Origin: an uncultured Gemmataceae bacterium
GTDB taxonomy: Bacteria > Planctomycetota > Planctomycetia > Gemmatales > Gemmataceae
DNA: 64,000 nucleotides
Assembly: GCA_963750165.1 (NCBI GenBank)
Contig: CAVVPN010000012.1
Span: 320,001 to 384,000, forward strand
Direction: 5' to 3'
The notes beneath the pieces were generated by a model. That model made no database searches. It was not told the origin of the DNA and saw only the letters and a program-made list of their open reading frames with translations. Shown in pieces: positions 50,650 to 60,137 of the stretch. The translations under genes were made by a program, and so were the position numbers. Each line of letters starts with the position of its first letter. Positions within the stretch are counted from its first letter, which is position 1.

Positions 50650-53361
50650 CTACGGGATGGACACCAGGGTGATATCGAAGACCAACTCGGAATTGGCCGG
50701 GATGCCGGAGGGCGGGTTGTTCCCGTAGGCGAGGTCGGCTGGGATGTCCAGCCGGATCTCGCCGCCCACCTTGAGCCCCGGGAGCGCGTCCACCCACCCG
50801 GCGATCAGGCTGGTCGTGCTCAGCGTGAACTGCTGCGGGCCGCCGTGCATGTTCGACGAGTCGAACACCGTCCCGTTGGGCAGGTAACCGGTGTAACTGG
50901 CAGTGAACTGCTGTCCGACCTGGAGCGTGGCCCCGGTGCCCACGGTCACGTCCCAGTCCCGCAGCGTGGGCAGGTTTGACGCCCGCCCCGACACGGGGAC
51001 CGTCTGCCACTGCGAATCCGTCAATGAGAACGGCAGCGTCGTGGCGACAACTGGCTGGATCAGCATGTCCGTGCTGGTGTCGTGTTGACTGTCGCCTGCG
51101 TAGGTCGCGGTGATGGTGTCATTCTGGACGACGGTCAGTGCCCGGGTGTACAGGGTGGCAACGCCGCCGGTGAGTGAGGCGACGCCCAGATTCACGTTCG
51201 TCGTGGAGTCGAAGAAACTAACGTTCCCCGTGGGCGTGCTGTTGTCGGACGCGCTGACCTTGGCCGTGAGGGTCAAGATCCCTCCGGGGACCACCGAACT
51301 CGGGTTGGCCGTCAGCACCGTGCTGGTCGAGCGCGGGCCGACCACGACGGCGTTGGTGTTCTTGGCGGTGCCGTTCGTGGTGCCGTCGTTGGGCGTGACC
51401 GTCACCGTGATGGTGCTGCCGGCGCTCACGCCGCTGAGCGAGGACAGGTCCAGCGTGTCGGTCGTGCTGGAACTCAGGTTGGTCGTCTTGACGGTGCTGC
51501 CGTTGAGCGCCCAGACGTAGGTCAGTTTCACCGGATCGCCGTCGGGGTCGGAATCGGTCACGGTCGCCGTCAGCGTGTCGGTGGCGCTCGGCGAAGCGGG
51601 CGTGAGCACCAGGCTGTTGATCACCGGCGGAGCGTTGACCACCGTGGCCGTGGCCGTGGCGGCGGCGCCATTGACCGTGCCATCGTTGGGCGTCACCACG
51701 ACCGTGATCGTCTGGCCCTTGTCGCCGTGGCCGGGCTTGCTCAGGTCGAAGGTATCCGTCGTGGCGTTCGTGGTGTCGGTTTGCACCACCGTGCCGTTAA
51801 CCGACCAGGCGTAGGTCAACTGCACCGGGTCTTTATTGGGGTCGCTGGGCGTCGCCGTGGCCGTCAGCGTGTCGTTGGTCTGCGGCGAGGTGCTGCTGAG
51901 CGTGACGGCGACCGTCGGCGGTTCGTTGACGACCGACACCTTGAAGGTGTCGTCCACGGTGGCGCCGAAGGTGTCCGTGGCCCGCACGGTGATCGTGGCG
52001 GTGCCGGTCCCGCCGTTCGGAGTGGCGGCCACCGTCAGCCGATTGTTGTCGCCGGTGCCCAGGGTGGCCGTGACCAGGTTCGGGTTGCTGTTGCTCACCA
52101 CCGAGTAGGTCAGGAACTCGGGGCGCGACAGAATCTTCACACCCTGGATCAGGGCGTAGTTGGCCGCCGTGGTGTCGGTGGGGAAGTTGGTGCCCGTGTA
52201 GTTCTGCAGCGGGATCTCGTTGAACACGCCCTGTTCGCTGCTCGGCAACCCCGGGGCGGAACTCTGGTCCGAGTTGGGGATGGCAGCCAGGGCGTTCATG
52301 TTGGCGATGCTGGTGGCGTCCGCGACCATGCCGAAGACCGTAAAGCCGCCGCTGTTGCTGGTGCTGTCCAGGGAACTGGAGTTGTCCACCAGGTTGAAGA
52401 AGAACTGGCTAGTGGCGCTGTTCGGATCAGATGTCTTGGCCATGGCGATGGTGTCGGCGAGGTTCGAGCGGGTGGTGAAGTCTGGCTCGTTGAGCACCGA
52501 CGGGAACGTCGTCACCGCGGGCAAGCTCGACTGGCCGTTGGTGGTGGTCAGAGTGAAGCCGCCGCCCTGCAGCACCTGCAGGCCGTCCGACGCGACCGTG
52601 CGGCGGTGGAAGATGTCGTTGTTGTAGAGGCCGGCGTTGATGTAGTTGTAGAAGTTGGCGACCGTCCGCGGCGCCTGGGCGTCGAAGAGCGTGAGGTTGA
52701 TCGGGCCGGCGGCGGTTTCGAACTGCACCTCGCTGTTGGTCAGGTCCGGGTCGGTGAAGACGCCGGCCAGGTCAAGCACGGTGCCGGTGGTGTCGTTCTT
52801 GGCCAGCGTGAAGTCAGAGATGGCCGACGCCACGGTGGGCGGGCTGTTCGAGCGCGGACCGACCGCGGCCGAGCCGCCGCCGGGGCTGCCCGGCGCGAAG
52901 ACGGACGTATTGGAGTCGGTCAGGAACTGCCGCAGCGAGATGAACTGCGGCGCGATGCCGCCGACGGCCAGGTTCTCGATCACCGACTGCCCCTCGGCCA
53001 CGGTCACGGTGGCGGCGGCGCCGGTCTGGAAGAGGCCGGGACCACTGGCGTTCAGTTGATACGTGCCCGTCGGCACGTTATTGAAGGTGTACTTCCCGTT
53101 GATGTCGGTGGTGGTGGAGACGTTTTCCGCCTTCCCGAGGTTGGTGGTCCCCGTCAGGTTGACCGTGATGCCGGGCTCGGCGACTTCCTTGGGGTCGAAG
53201 ACGCCGTTGCTGTTGGCGTCCAGGAAGGCGGTGCCGGTGATGGTGTTGGTGGTGACCGACAGCAGCGAGCGCTCCTCGAGCGCTTCCAGTTCCAGTCGCG
53301 TCCGCCGGCGCGGAGCAGGTTTGTGAGCAGGGCGTTTGTTGGTCGCGAAAAATCGGAACAT
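50650..53361 (-). CDS. large extracellular protein: LEPR-XLL-type N-terminus, SdrD-B-like domain, cyclophilin, Ig-like repeats, FKBP
   Basis: RLELEALEERSLLS; APRTVANF...FHR...QGGG...AMAK...SATSQFF; Y.G.L.NGTVFDSS...IAGW...LAYG...IPANS.LVF. Confidence 0.9.
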   Translation of the reverse strand: MFRFFATNKRPAHKPAPRRRTRLELEALEERSLLSVTTNTITGTAFLDANSNGVFDPKEVAEPGITVNLTGTTNLGKAENVSTTTDINGKYTFNNVPTGTYQLNASGPGLFQTGAAATVTVAEGQSVIENLAVGGIAPQFISLRQFLTDSNTSVFAPGSPGGGSAAVGPRSNSPPTVASAISDFTLAKNDTTGTVLDLAGVFTDPDLTNSEVQFETAAGPINLTLFDAQAPRTVANFYNYINAGLYNNDIFHRRTVASDGLQVLQGGGFTLTTTNGQSSLPAVTTFPSVLNEPDFTTRSNLADTIAMAKTSDPNSATSQFFFNLVDNSSSLDSTSNSGGFTVFGMVADATSIANMNALAAIPNSDQSSAPGLPSSEQGVFNEIPLQNYTGTNFPTDTTAANYALIQGVKILSRPEFLTYSVVSNSNPNLVTATLGTGDNNRLTVAATPNGGTGTATITVRATDTFGATVDDTFKVSVVNEPPTVAVTLSSTSPQTNDTLTATATPSDPNKDPVQLTYAWSVNGTVVQTDTTNATTDTFDLSKPGHGDKGQTITVVVTPNDGTVNGAAATATATVVNAPPVINSLVLTPASPSATDTLTATVTDSDPDGDPVKLTYVWALNGSTVKTTNLSSSTTDTLDLSSLSGVSAGSTITVTVTPNDGTTNGTAKNTNAVVVGPRSTSTVLTANPSSVVPGGILTLTAKVSASDNSTPTGNVSFFDSTTNVNLGVASLTGGVATLYTRALTVVQNDTITATYAGDSQHDTSTDMLIQPVVATTLPFSLTDSQWQTVPVSGRASNLPTLRDWDVTVGTGATLQVGQQFTASYTGYLPNGTVFDSSNMHGGPQQFTLSTTSLIAGWVDALPGLKVGGEIRLDIPADLAYGNNPPSGIPANSELVFDITLVSIP

Positions 53362-53703
53362 GGGGTTTCTCGGCAAAAGGCTCGTTGAGGATCACAACCC
53401 GGGTGGACGGAGGGCGCATCACCTCCGTTATCGTCCAGATGGGAGGGGGCGGAAAAATGGCCGTCACCAGAATGAGGGGAAAAACCAGTGGGCCTGGGGA
53501 AATCGTCACAACTTTCGGTAAAAACGGGAGCGACGTTGCAACCGTTGCCGCCGTCAGGGCTCACACTAAAGGTACGGGCTGACGCCGCAAAGGTTTCAAA
53601 AAAAGCTTAAAGGACGGGACCGTCAAGGTCAACTGCCAACTCATGAAAAGTTGATGATCCCTCCAGACGCCGCCGGCAAAATCGACCCGCCTCGGTTCTG
53701 CCC

Positions 53704-54534
53704 TCACGCCGGCCAGTCGCCGCTGAACACCTCCACCGCCGGCCCGGTCAGGTAGACGTGGTTGTCCGCCGCCGACCATTCCAGTTGCAAATCGCCGCCG
53801 GTCAGGTGGACGGTGAGCCGCCGTTGCGTCCGCCCGGTCAGTACGCCGGCGACACAGACCGCACACGCCCCGGTGCCGCACGCCAGCGTCTCACCGCTGC
53901 CGCGCTCCCAGACGCGCATGGTCACGTCATCCGGCCGGTTGACGCGCACGAATTCGACGTTGATCTTGCGCGGGAACACGGGGGCGGTCTCGATCTTCGG
54001 CCCGATGCCCAGCACCAGCGTGTCGGTGATCTCCGGGACGTGGATGACGCAGTGCGGGTTGCCCATCGACACGCAGGTGCCGCGCAGGTCGAAGCTGGGC
54101 AGCGGCACATTCAGCGGCGGGTTGCCGGGCAGCGTCGTCGGAATCTGGTCGGCCTGCAAAATCGGCTCGCCCATGTTGACGCGCACCGTCTGCACGCGGC
54201 CCTCTTTGACGTGCAGGTCGAGCGTCAGCACGCCGCGGCCGGTCTCGACAGTCAACGGCGACTTGTGGGCGATGCCGTGGTCGTGGGCCAGCTTGGCGAC
54301 GCAGCGGACGCCGTTGCCGCACATCTCCGCCTCGCTGCCGTCGGCGTTGAACATGCGCATGCGCACGTCGGCACGCTCCGACGGGCAGATGAGGATGAGG
54401 CCGTCGCTGCCGACGCCGAAATGGCGGTCGCTGACGGCACGGGCCAGCTTCGGGAGGTCGGTCGGCACCTTTTCCTGGAAGCAGTTCACGTAGACGTAGT
54501 CATTGCCGCAGCCGTGCATTTTCGTGAAGCGCAT
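53704..54534 (-). CDS. dapF: diaminopimelate epimerase
   Basis: [39 protein letters not shown]. Confidence 0.97.
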   Translation of the reverse strand: MRFTKMHGCGNDYVYVNCFQEKVPTDLPKLARAVSDRHFGVGSDGLILICPSERADVRMRMFNADGSEAEMCGNGVRCVAKLAHDHGIAHKSPLTVETGRGVLTLDLHVKEGRVQTVRVNMGEPILQADQIPTTLPGNPPLNVPLPSFDLRGTCVSMGNPHCVIHVPEITDTLVLGIGPKIETAPVFPRKINVEFVRVNRPDDVTMRVWERGSGETLACGTGACAVCVAGVLTGRTQRRLTVHLTGGDLQLEWSAADNHVYLTGPAVEVFSGDWPA

Positions 54535-54694
54535 GGGCCATCCTCGTAATAATGTTTTCACGGTGCTACAAAATGGCTCAAGCCAACCGCTCACCCTCGG
54601 GAGAAAACTCTGCCTGCCACGGCGCTGTATCTGCAAATCCTTGGTCTACTACTACCACCCGCTCCTTGATCCTCCTTCGGTTCTCATCCGCCGC

Positions 54695-56266
54695 CTATTC
54701 CCATTCGATGGTGGCGGGCGGCTTGCTGCTGATGTCATAGACCACCCGGTTCACGCCCGCCACGCAATTGATGATACGCGTCGAAATCTTGGCCAGCAAC
54801 TCATACGGCAGCTGCGACCAGTCCGCCGTCATGAAGTCATCCGTCTGTACAGCCCGCAGCGCAATCACATTCTCATAGGTGCGGCCGTCGCCCATGACGC
54901 CGACCGTGCGCACCGGCAACAGCACCGCGAACGCCTGCGCCGTCTGCCGATACCAGTCCGATTCCTGCAACTCCTCCAGCAGAATCGCGTCTGCCTGCCG
55001 CAGCGTCTCCAGCCGCGGCGCCGTGATCTCGCCCAGGCAGCGCACCGCCAGGCCCGGCCCGGGGAACGGATGCCGCCACACCGTCGTCTCCGGCAGCCCC
55101 AGCTCCAGCCCCAGGCGGCGCACCTCATCCTTGAACAGCGCCTTCAGCGGCTCGATCAGCTCGAAACCCAGTTCCTTCGGCAGTCCGCCGACGTTGTGGT
55201 GCAGCTTGATGTTCGCTGCCGGGCCGTCCGCCGCGGAACCGCTCTCGATCACGTCCGGGTACAGCGTCCCCTGCGCCAGGAAGTGCGCCCCCGCAATGCG
55301 GCGGGCCTCATCCTTGAACACATCAATGAACACGTGACCGATGATGCGTCGTTTCTCCTGCGGATCAGTGACGCCGGCCAGCGCCGTCAGGAAGCGATCG
55401 CGGGAGTCCACCACATGCAGGTCGGCGTGGAAATGGTCGCGGAACGTCCGCTGCACTGCCTCGCGCTCGCCCTGGCGCAGCAGGCCGTTGTCCACGAAGA
55501 TGCACGCCACCTGCGACCCGATGGCTTTCACCAGCAGCGCCGCCGTCACCGACGAATCGACGCCGCCGGACAGGCCGCAGATCACGCGCTGCTCGCCGAC
55601 ACGCTGCCGCAGCTCCGCGACCGTGTTCTCCAGGAACGACGCCATTTTCCACTGACCGGTGCAGCGGCAGATCTCGAACAGGAAGTTTTTCAGGATACGG
55701 CCACCGGCGGGCGTGTGGCTGACCTCGGGGTGGAACTGCAGGCCGTAGATGGGCCGGTCGCGGTGGCGCACCGCGGCGACGGGGCAGGTGTCCGTGGCGG
55801 CCAGCGCCAGGAACTGGCCGTTGACAGTGCTCACCTGATCGCCGTGGCTCATCCACACCGTCGTCTCCGCGGGCACGCCCAGGAAGAGCGGGTCGAGTTC
55901 CTCAATGTGGCAACGAGCGCGGCCGAACTCGCGGCTGTGGGCCGGCGTCACCTGGCCGCCGAGCTGCTGGCAGGCCAGCTGCATGCCGTAGCAGATGCCG
56001 AGCACGGGGACGCCGAGGTCGAGGATGGCGGGGTCGCTGTGCGGGGCGCCCGGCTCGTAGACGCTGGCGGGACCGCCGGAGAGGATGAGGCCGCGCGGCT
56101 TCAGTTCGGCGATGCGCGTTGCCGGCAGGTCGTGGCGGACGATCTCGCAGAAGACGTTCAGGTCACGGACGCGGCGGGCGATGAGCTGGCCGTACTGGGC
56201 GCCGAAGTCGAGGACCAGGATGCGCTCGTCCTGAGGGGATGTTGGGGGCTCCACGGTGGCGGTCAT
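54695..56266 (-). CDS. guaA: GMP synthase (glutamine-hydrolysing)
   Basis: [46 protein letters not shown]. Confidence 0.98.
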   Translation of the reverse strand: MTATVEPPTSPQDERILVLDFGAQYGQLIARRVRDLNVFCEIVRHDLPATRIAELKPRGLILSGGPASVYEPGAPHSDPAILDLGVPVLGICYGMQLACQQLGGQVTPAHSREFGRARCHIEELDPLFLGVPAETTVWMSHGDQVSTVNGQFLALAATDTCPVAAVRHRDRPIYGLQFHPEVSHTPAGGRILKNFLFEICRCTGQWKMASFLENTVAELRQRVGEQRVICGLSGGVDSSVTAALLVKAIGSQVACIFVDNGLLRQGEREAVQRTFRDHFHADLHVVDSRDRFLTALAGVTDPQEKRRIIGHVFIDVFKDEARRIAGAHFLAQGTLYPDVIESGSAADGPAANIKLHHNVGGLPKELGFELIEPLKALFKDEVRRLGLELGLPETTVWRHPFPGPGLAVRCLGEITAPRLETLRQADAILLEELQESDWYRQTAQAFAVLLPVRTVGVMGDGRTYENVIALRAVQTDDFMTADWSQLPYELLAKISTRIINCVAGVNRVVYDISSKPPATIEWE

Positions 56267-56303
56267 CGGTCAAACCTCGGGGCGAGTTGCGAATCTGGTT
56301 GGG

Positions 56304-56635
56304 TTATTCGAAGCCGGAGTGCGGCATGACCTTGAATGGTTGCGAGAAGATCACCTGGCGGTTGGGCTCGTCCAGGACGTATTCAACGTGCAAGCATCCG
56401 AAGGCGAAGCCGCGCGTTGTGTAGATGATCTGGCCCGCGATCTCAAGTTTTTTCCGCGGCTCGCCGTACTGGGGGGGTAGATACGCAGAATCCGGAAAAT
56501 TTGGTCCAGCGCGGCGCGAAAGGATTGCCCGAACCCGGCGGCAACCGCTCGGCGTTCCAGGGCCACCAGCTCGCGCTCGACGACCCGCGCCGTTTCGATC
56601 TTGTAGGACAAAGGGCTAGCGGTTGGCTCGCTCAT
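56304..56635 (-). CDS. RelE/ParE-like toxin candidate; frameshift in C7 run at 56471-56477
   Basis: joined frames: ...LDQIFRILRIYP/QYGEP.......GCLHVEYVLDE.NRQVI; overlaps the upstream ORF. Confidence 0.5.
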
Positions 56636-57017
56636 GGGCCTCCTGCCTGTCGAGGGGTGAGGTCGCCTGATGCCCGTTCAGGGCTGACGAATTCTCTTTC
56701 AGGGCCCGAAGCACTTCCCCGAATTCAATGCCGCCGCCCTGCTCATCGAATTCGCGCACGCGGGCAATGAGTTCTTCATCGGTAAGGTGGTCCTGAGAGA
56801 ACATCGCCCGGACTTCGGGAGAATGAACCTGATGCGGTGGAGCGGGTGGGAAAAATTCAAGGATGAACTCCGTGAGCCGCTGTTTGTAGCGCTCCAGCAC
56901 ATCCTCGGTGCAATCCGGTTCGCGCTCCAGATCGTCGGCGATGCAACGGAGCAGATAGGCGACCGCGAGCTTCCGCCGCGCCCGTAGTTCCGCAGCCCGG
57001 TCGTTGTTCTCGGACAT
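56616..57017 (-). CDS. hypothetical protein, antitoxin-like
   Basis: GAGGG RBS; acidic C-terminus TDEELIAR...GGGIEFGEVL..L; directly upstream of the toxin-like ORF. Confidence 0.6.
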   Translation of the reverse strand: MSENNDRAAELRARRKLAVAYLLRCIADDLEREPDCTEDVLERYKQRLTEFILEFFPPAPPHQVHSPEVRAMFSQDHLTDEELIARVREFDEQGGGIEFGEVLRALKENSSALNGHQATSPLDRQEAHERANR

Positions 57018-57096
57018 GATGTACCCTCCGCAAGCGGCACGAATGATGAGTCAATGTAGCACAAGCGCTCGCTCCTCACCAGGGGAAGGCAGCGCC

Positions 57097-57924
57097 TCAC
57101 TGCCCCGGCCCGCGGGCCAGTTCCGCGGCGCGGCGCGTCGCGGCCTCCACCGCGTCCATGAGCGTCGCCCGCAGGCCGCCACGCTCCAGCGCGTGCAGCC
57201 CCGCGATGGTGGTGCCGCCCGGACTGGCCACCGCGTCCTTGAGCGCCCCCGGGTGCTGCCGTGTCTCCAGCACCATTTTCGCGGCCCCGAGCACCGTCTG
57301 CGCCGCCAGCGCCGTGGCCGCATCGCGCGGCAGCCCCATGCGCACGCCGCCGTCGCTCAGCGCCTCGATCATCACGTACACGAACGCCGGGCCGCTGCCG
57401 CTCAGACCGGTCACCGCGTCGAGCAGGTGCTCCGGCAACCGCAGCGCCACGCCGACCGCACCCAGCAGCCGATCCACCAGGGCCACATCTGCCTCGGTGG
57501 CGTGCTCACCGGACGCATAGGCCGAGGCGCTGGCGCCAACCAGGCAGGGTGTGTTCGGCATGACGCGGATGAGGCGGCGTGTGGCGCCGAGGCCGTCGCG
57601 CAGCTGGCGCAGGGTCGCGCCCGCGGCGATGGACACGACCAGGTGCCGCGGCGTCAGGCCGTCGCGGATTTCGTCGAGCAGGGCGGGCAGGGACTGCGGC
57701 TTGACGGCGAGGACGATAAGGTCGCTGACGGCGACGACATGGCGGTTGTCGGCGCTGGCGGCGACGCCGGTTTCCTGCTGAAAGGCAAGGCGGGCGGCGG
57801 CCAGCGGATCGCTGGCGTACACGCGGTCGAGGCGGAACAGGCCGGCTTGCAGCCAGCCGCGCGTCAGGGCGGTCGCCATCTTGCCGGCGCCGAGAAAGCC
57901 AAGAGTTGGGCTGTCGTCACTCAT
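57097..57924 (-). CDS. proC: pyrroline-5-carboxylate reductase
   Basis: GFLGAGKM, LAVKP, SIAAG, RVMPNTP, SGSGPA, SPGGTT. Confidence 0.97.
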   Translation of the reverse strand: MSDDSPTLGFLGAGKMATALTRGWLQAGLFRLDRVYASDPLAAARLAFQQETGVAASADNRHVVAVSDLIVLAVKPQSLPALLDEIRDGLTPRHLVVSIAAGATLRQLRDGLGATRRLIRVMPNTPCLVGASASAYASGEHATEADVALVDRLLGAVGVALRLPEHLLDAVTGLSGSGPAFVYVMIEALSDGGVRMGLPRDAATALAAQTVLGAAKMVLETRQHPGALKDAVASPGGTTIAGLHALERGGLRATLMDAVEAATRRAAELARGPGQ

Positions 57925-58262
57925 CCGTGGTCGCGTCCGGGGCGAACTGCAAGAGGCCCGGGCGGTCCCGGGCGGCGAGTTCATTCGAGTTTATCTTACC
58001 GCAGCGCACGGGGGGCCGTAAACAGTCCGTTCCCTGGAAGCGGGCTGGGCGGTACAATGGAGATAGGAGCCAGGGAAGGTTTCGTTTCATTTCACAGACC
58101 CCCCTGATTGCCCCAGGGGACGCGCGGATTCCCTACCCGCAACCAGGCGCGGAGCCAGCAGGGCACGGCCCTGGGGCGGTGAATGGCCAGCGCTGCCCGG
58201 GTCGCGGTTTTGGCGTACAATGAACGTCTTTCAAGGTCCGCGGCGATCAGGAGGGGTGAGGC

Positions 58263-58520
58263 ATGGCGGTAGAGGTGCCGGAGTGGCTGAAGAAACACGG
58301 CGGCAGCCTGAAACTGGCGAGCGACGGCCGCACGTGGCTGATGTTCATGGGGCCGCAGCCCAATTACAAACTGGTGCCGGTGCCGGTCGGCGGCAAGTTT
58401 GGTTGCAACGTCGTGCAGACGAACAATGGCAAACCGGTGGCGTGCCAGGCCGTGGCGGCCACCGGCGACGAGGCCATCCGCGCGGCGCTGGAAGAACTGC
58501 GGCAGGCGCTGGGGTGGTGA
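58263..58520 (+). CDS. small hypothetical protein (85 aa)
   Basis: AGGAGG RBS, TACAAT upstream; P.WL..H.G.L...P.Y......P..G.F.C.V.QT.NG...LGW. Confidence 0.8.
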   Translation: MAVEVPEWLKKHGGSLKLASDGRTWLMFMGPQPNYKLVPVPVGGKFGCNVVQTNNGKPVACQAVAATGDEAIRAALEELRQALGW

Positions 58521-58703
58521 ATCATGGAACAACACGAACGACCGCAGACAAGGTAGCCGGATTACAGCACAGACGGCGTTGACCTCGTTTCGATGCGGTT
58601 GATGCTCCTGTTGACTGCGGAACTCCCATCCCGAGGCAGGTGATCCAGGAATTCGTCCACTCGCTGCCAAGGTTCCGTCAATGTGAAGGAGACGTAAACG
58701 GGG

Positions 58704-59396
58704 TCAGCCGCCCACCGTCAGCCACTCGCCCGGTTGCAGCACCACAGGCTGTGTCGTCGTCTGCCGCCGCACCTGCTCCGCCCAGGCGTTGGCGTCCTGG
58801 GCGATCAGCTCGAAGGTGTTGTAATGGATCGGCAGCACCTGTTTCGGCTGCACCAGTTTCACCGCCCGCAGCGCGTCGTCCGGCCCCATCGTGTAATTGT
58901 CGCCGATCGGCAGCATCGCCAGGTCGATGCCCGCCTCGCCGATCAACCGCATGTCGCTGAACAGTCCCGTGTCCGCCGCGTCGTAAATCTTCTTGCCGTC
59001 GTTCAGAGTCAGCAGGAAGCCGCACGGGTTGCCGCCGTTACTGCCGTCCGGCAGCATCGAGCCGTGAAACGCCAGCGTCAGCTTGACGCGCCCGAACGGG
59101 TACTGGAAGCCGCCGCCGTGCTGCTGGCCGTGGACTTTTTTCAGCCCCTGCTTTTGCAGCCATTCGCTGATCTCGTAGTTGGCGACGACGGTCGCCCCGG
59201 TGCGTTTGGCGATGGCGATGGTGTCGCCGACGTGGTCGCCGTGGCCGTGCGACACCAGGATGAAGTCGGCCGGCACCTGGTCCGCGGTCGTTGCCGCCTT
59301 CGGGTTACCCGTCAGGAACGGGTCGATCAGAATGTGTGTGCCGTCGCTCTCGATGAGCAGACAGGCGTGGCCCAGCCAGCGTACGCGCGTCGCCAT
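58704..59396 (-). CDS. metallo-beta-lactamase fold metal-dependent hydrolase (UPF0173 type)
   Basis: WLGHA, IDPFL.GNP, SHGHGDH, FHGS, LPIGD.YTMGP, PIHYNTF. Confidence 0.92.
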   Translation of the reverse strand: MATRVRWLGHACLLIESDGTHILIDPFLTGNPKAATTADQVPADFILVSHGHGDHVGDTIAIAKRTGATVVANYEISEWLQKQGLKKVHGQQHGGGFQYPFGRVKLTLAFHGSMLPDGSNGGNPCGFLLTLNDGKKIYDAADTGLFSDMRLIGEAGIDLAMLPIGDNYTMGPDDALRAVKLVQPKQVLPIHYNTFELIAQDANAWAEQVRRQTTTQPVVLQPGEWLTVGG

Positions 59397-59567
59397 GATG
59401 ACTGCCTCCGTGGGGATGGTGCGGGGTTTGCCGGCGCTGCCGCCGGCGCCGCGCCGCGGCCGTCCGGGACGGCGCTTGACGGCCCGCGCCGCATCCATCT
59501 AGAATACGGAATATGTCGCCCTGCGTAAGTTGGGCATTTTACTGAATCCATGCGGGTCATCCCGGAC

Positions 59568-60005
59568 ATGGCGGCGCCGTACCGAACTCCGATCAGCCTG
59601 CTCGCCGCGCTCCTGCTGCTGCTGTCCAGCACACCGGGGGCGCTGGCGGCGGCGCTGGCGCGCGTCGGGGCTCACCACTGTCACTGTCGCACCGTCCACT
59701 GCCCCGCCGACGCCGAACCGGTCATCGACACCACCTGCCACTGCCATCACCACCACGACGGCGGCGCCGCCGAGGACGATGACCCCGCCGGCACCGTCAC
59801 GGAAGACCATACGCACTGCCCCTGCTGTCCGCCGGGACCGCGCTGCCCCGTCAGCAACTGCTGCCTCGAAAAAGCACCCTGCTCGGTGGCAACCGCTCAG
59901 CCCTGGCTGCCGACGCTGCCGTGTCTGACGCCGCTGTCTCCCGAGGCGCCGCCGCTCATCCCCTGTGTCACCCTTCCGGGCCTGATCCGGCCCCCGCGCG
60001 TCTGA
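59568..60005 (+). CDS. Cys/His-rich leader-type protein (DUF2946/CzcI-like architecture)
   Basis: hydrophobic N-terminus, HHCHC, CHCHHHH, HCPCC, terminal LIRPPRV; first gene of a metal RND operon. Confidence 0.7.
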   Translation: MAAPYRTPISLLAALLLLLSSTPGALAAALARVGAHHCHCRTVHCPADAEPVIDTTCHCHHHHDGGAAEDDDPAGTVTEDHTHCPCCPPGPRCPVSNCCLEKAPCSVATAQPWLPTLPCLTPLSPEAPPLIPCVTLPGLIRPPRV

Positions 60006-60137
60006 GCTTCCTCTCTTCCCACTGGTCCGATCCGAGAACCCTTGCCGCCACGGCAAGCGCTCCGGCCGCGCCTGCCCGCGCCGCGGGTGCCGTCCCTCCG
60101 TTGCTACCACCCCCTGCGCCGCTCCGTTGAGGAAGCC

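Noticed and set aside
50087..51751. Duplicated segment as a DGR template/variable repeat pair
   Set aside because: No reverse transcriptase in the window, few mismatches, not all at adenines, and most AAC codons are unchanged.
53380..53700. Possible c-di-GMP riboswitch upstream of the PPIase gene
   Set aside because: GCAAA-like pieces are on the wrong strand and the P1/P2 pairing could not be built.
58110..58177. Hairpin with CAGG...AGCAG resembling SRP RNA helix 8
   Set aside because: The inner stem and GNRA loop do not fit and the flanks do not pair; an Rfam cmscan would be needed to rescue it.
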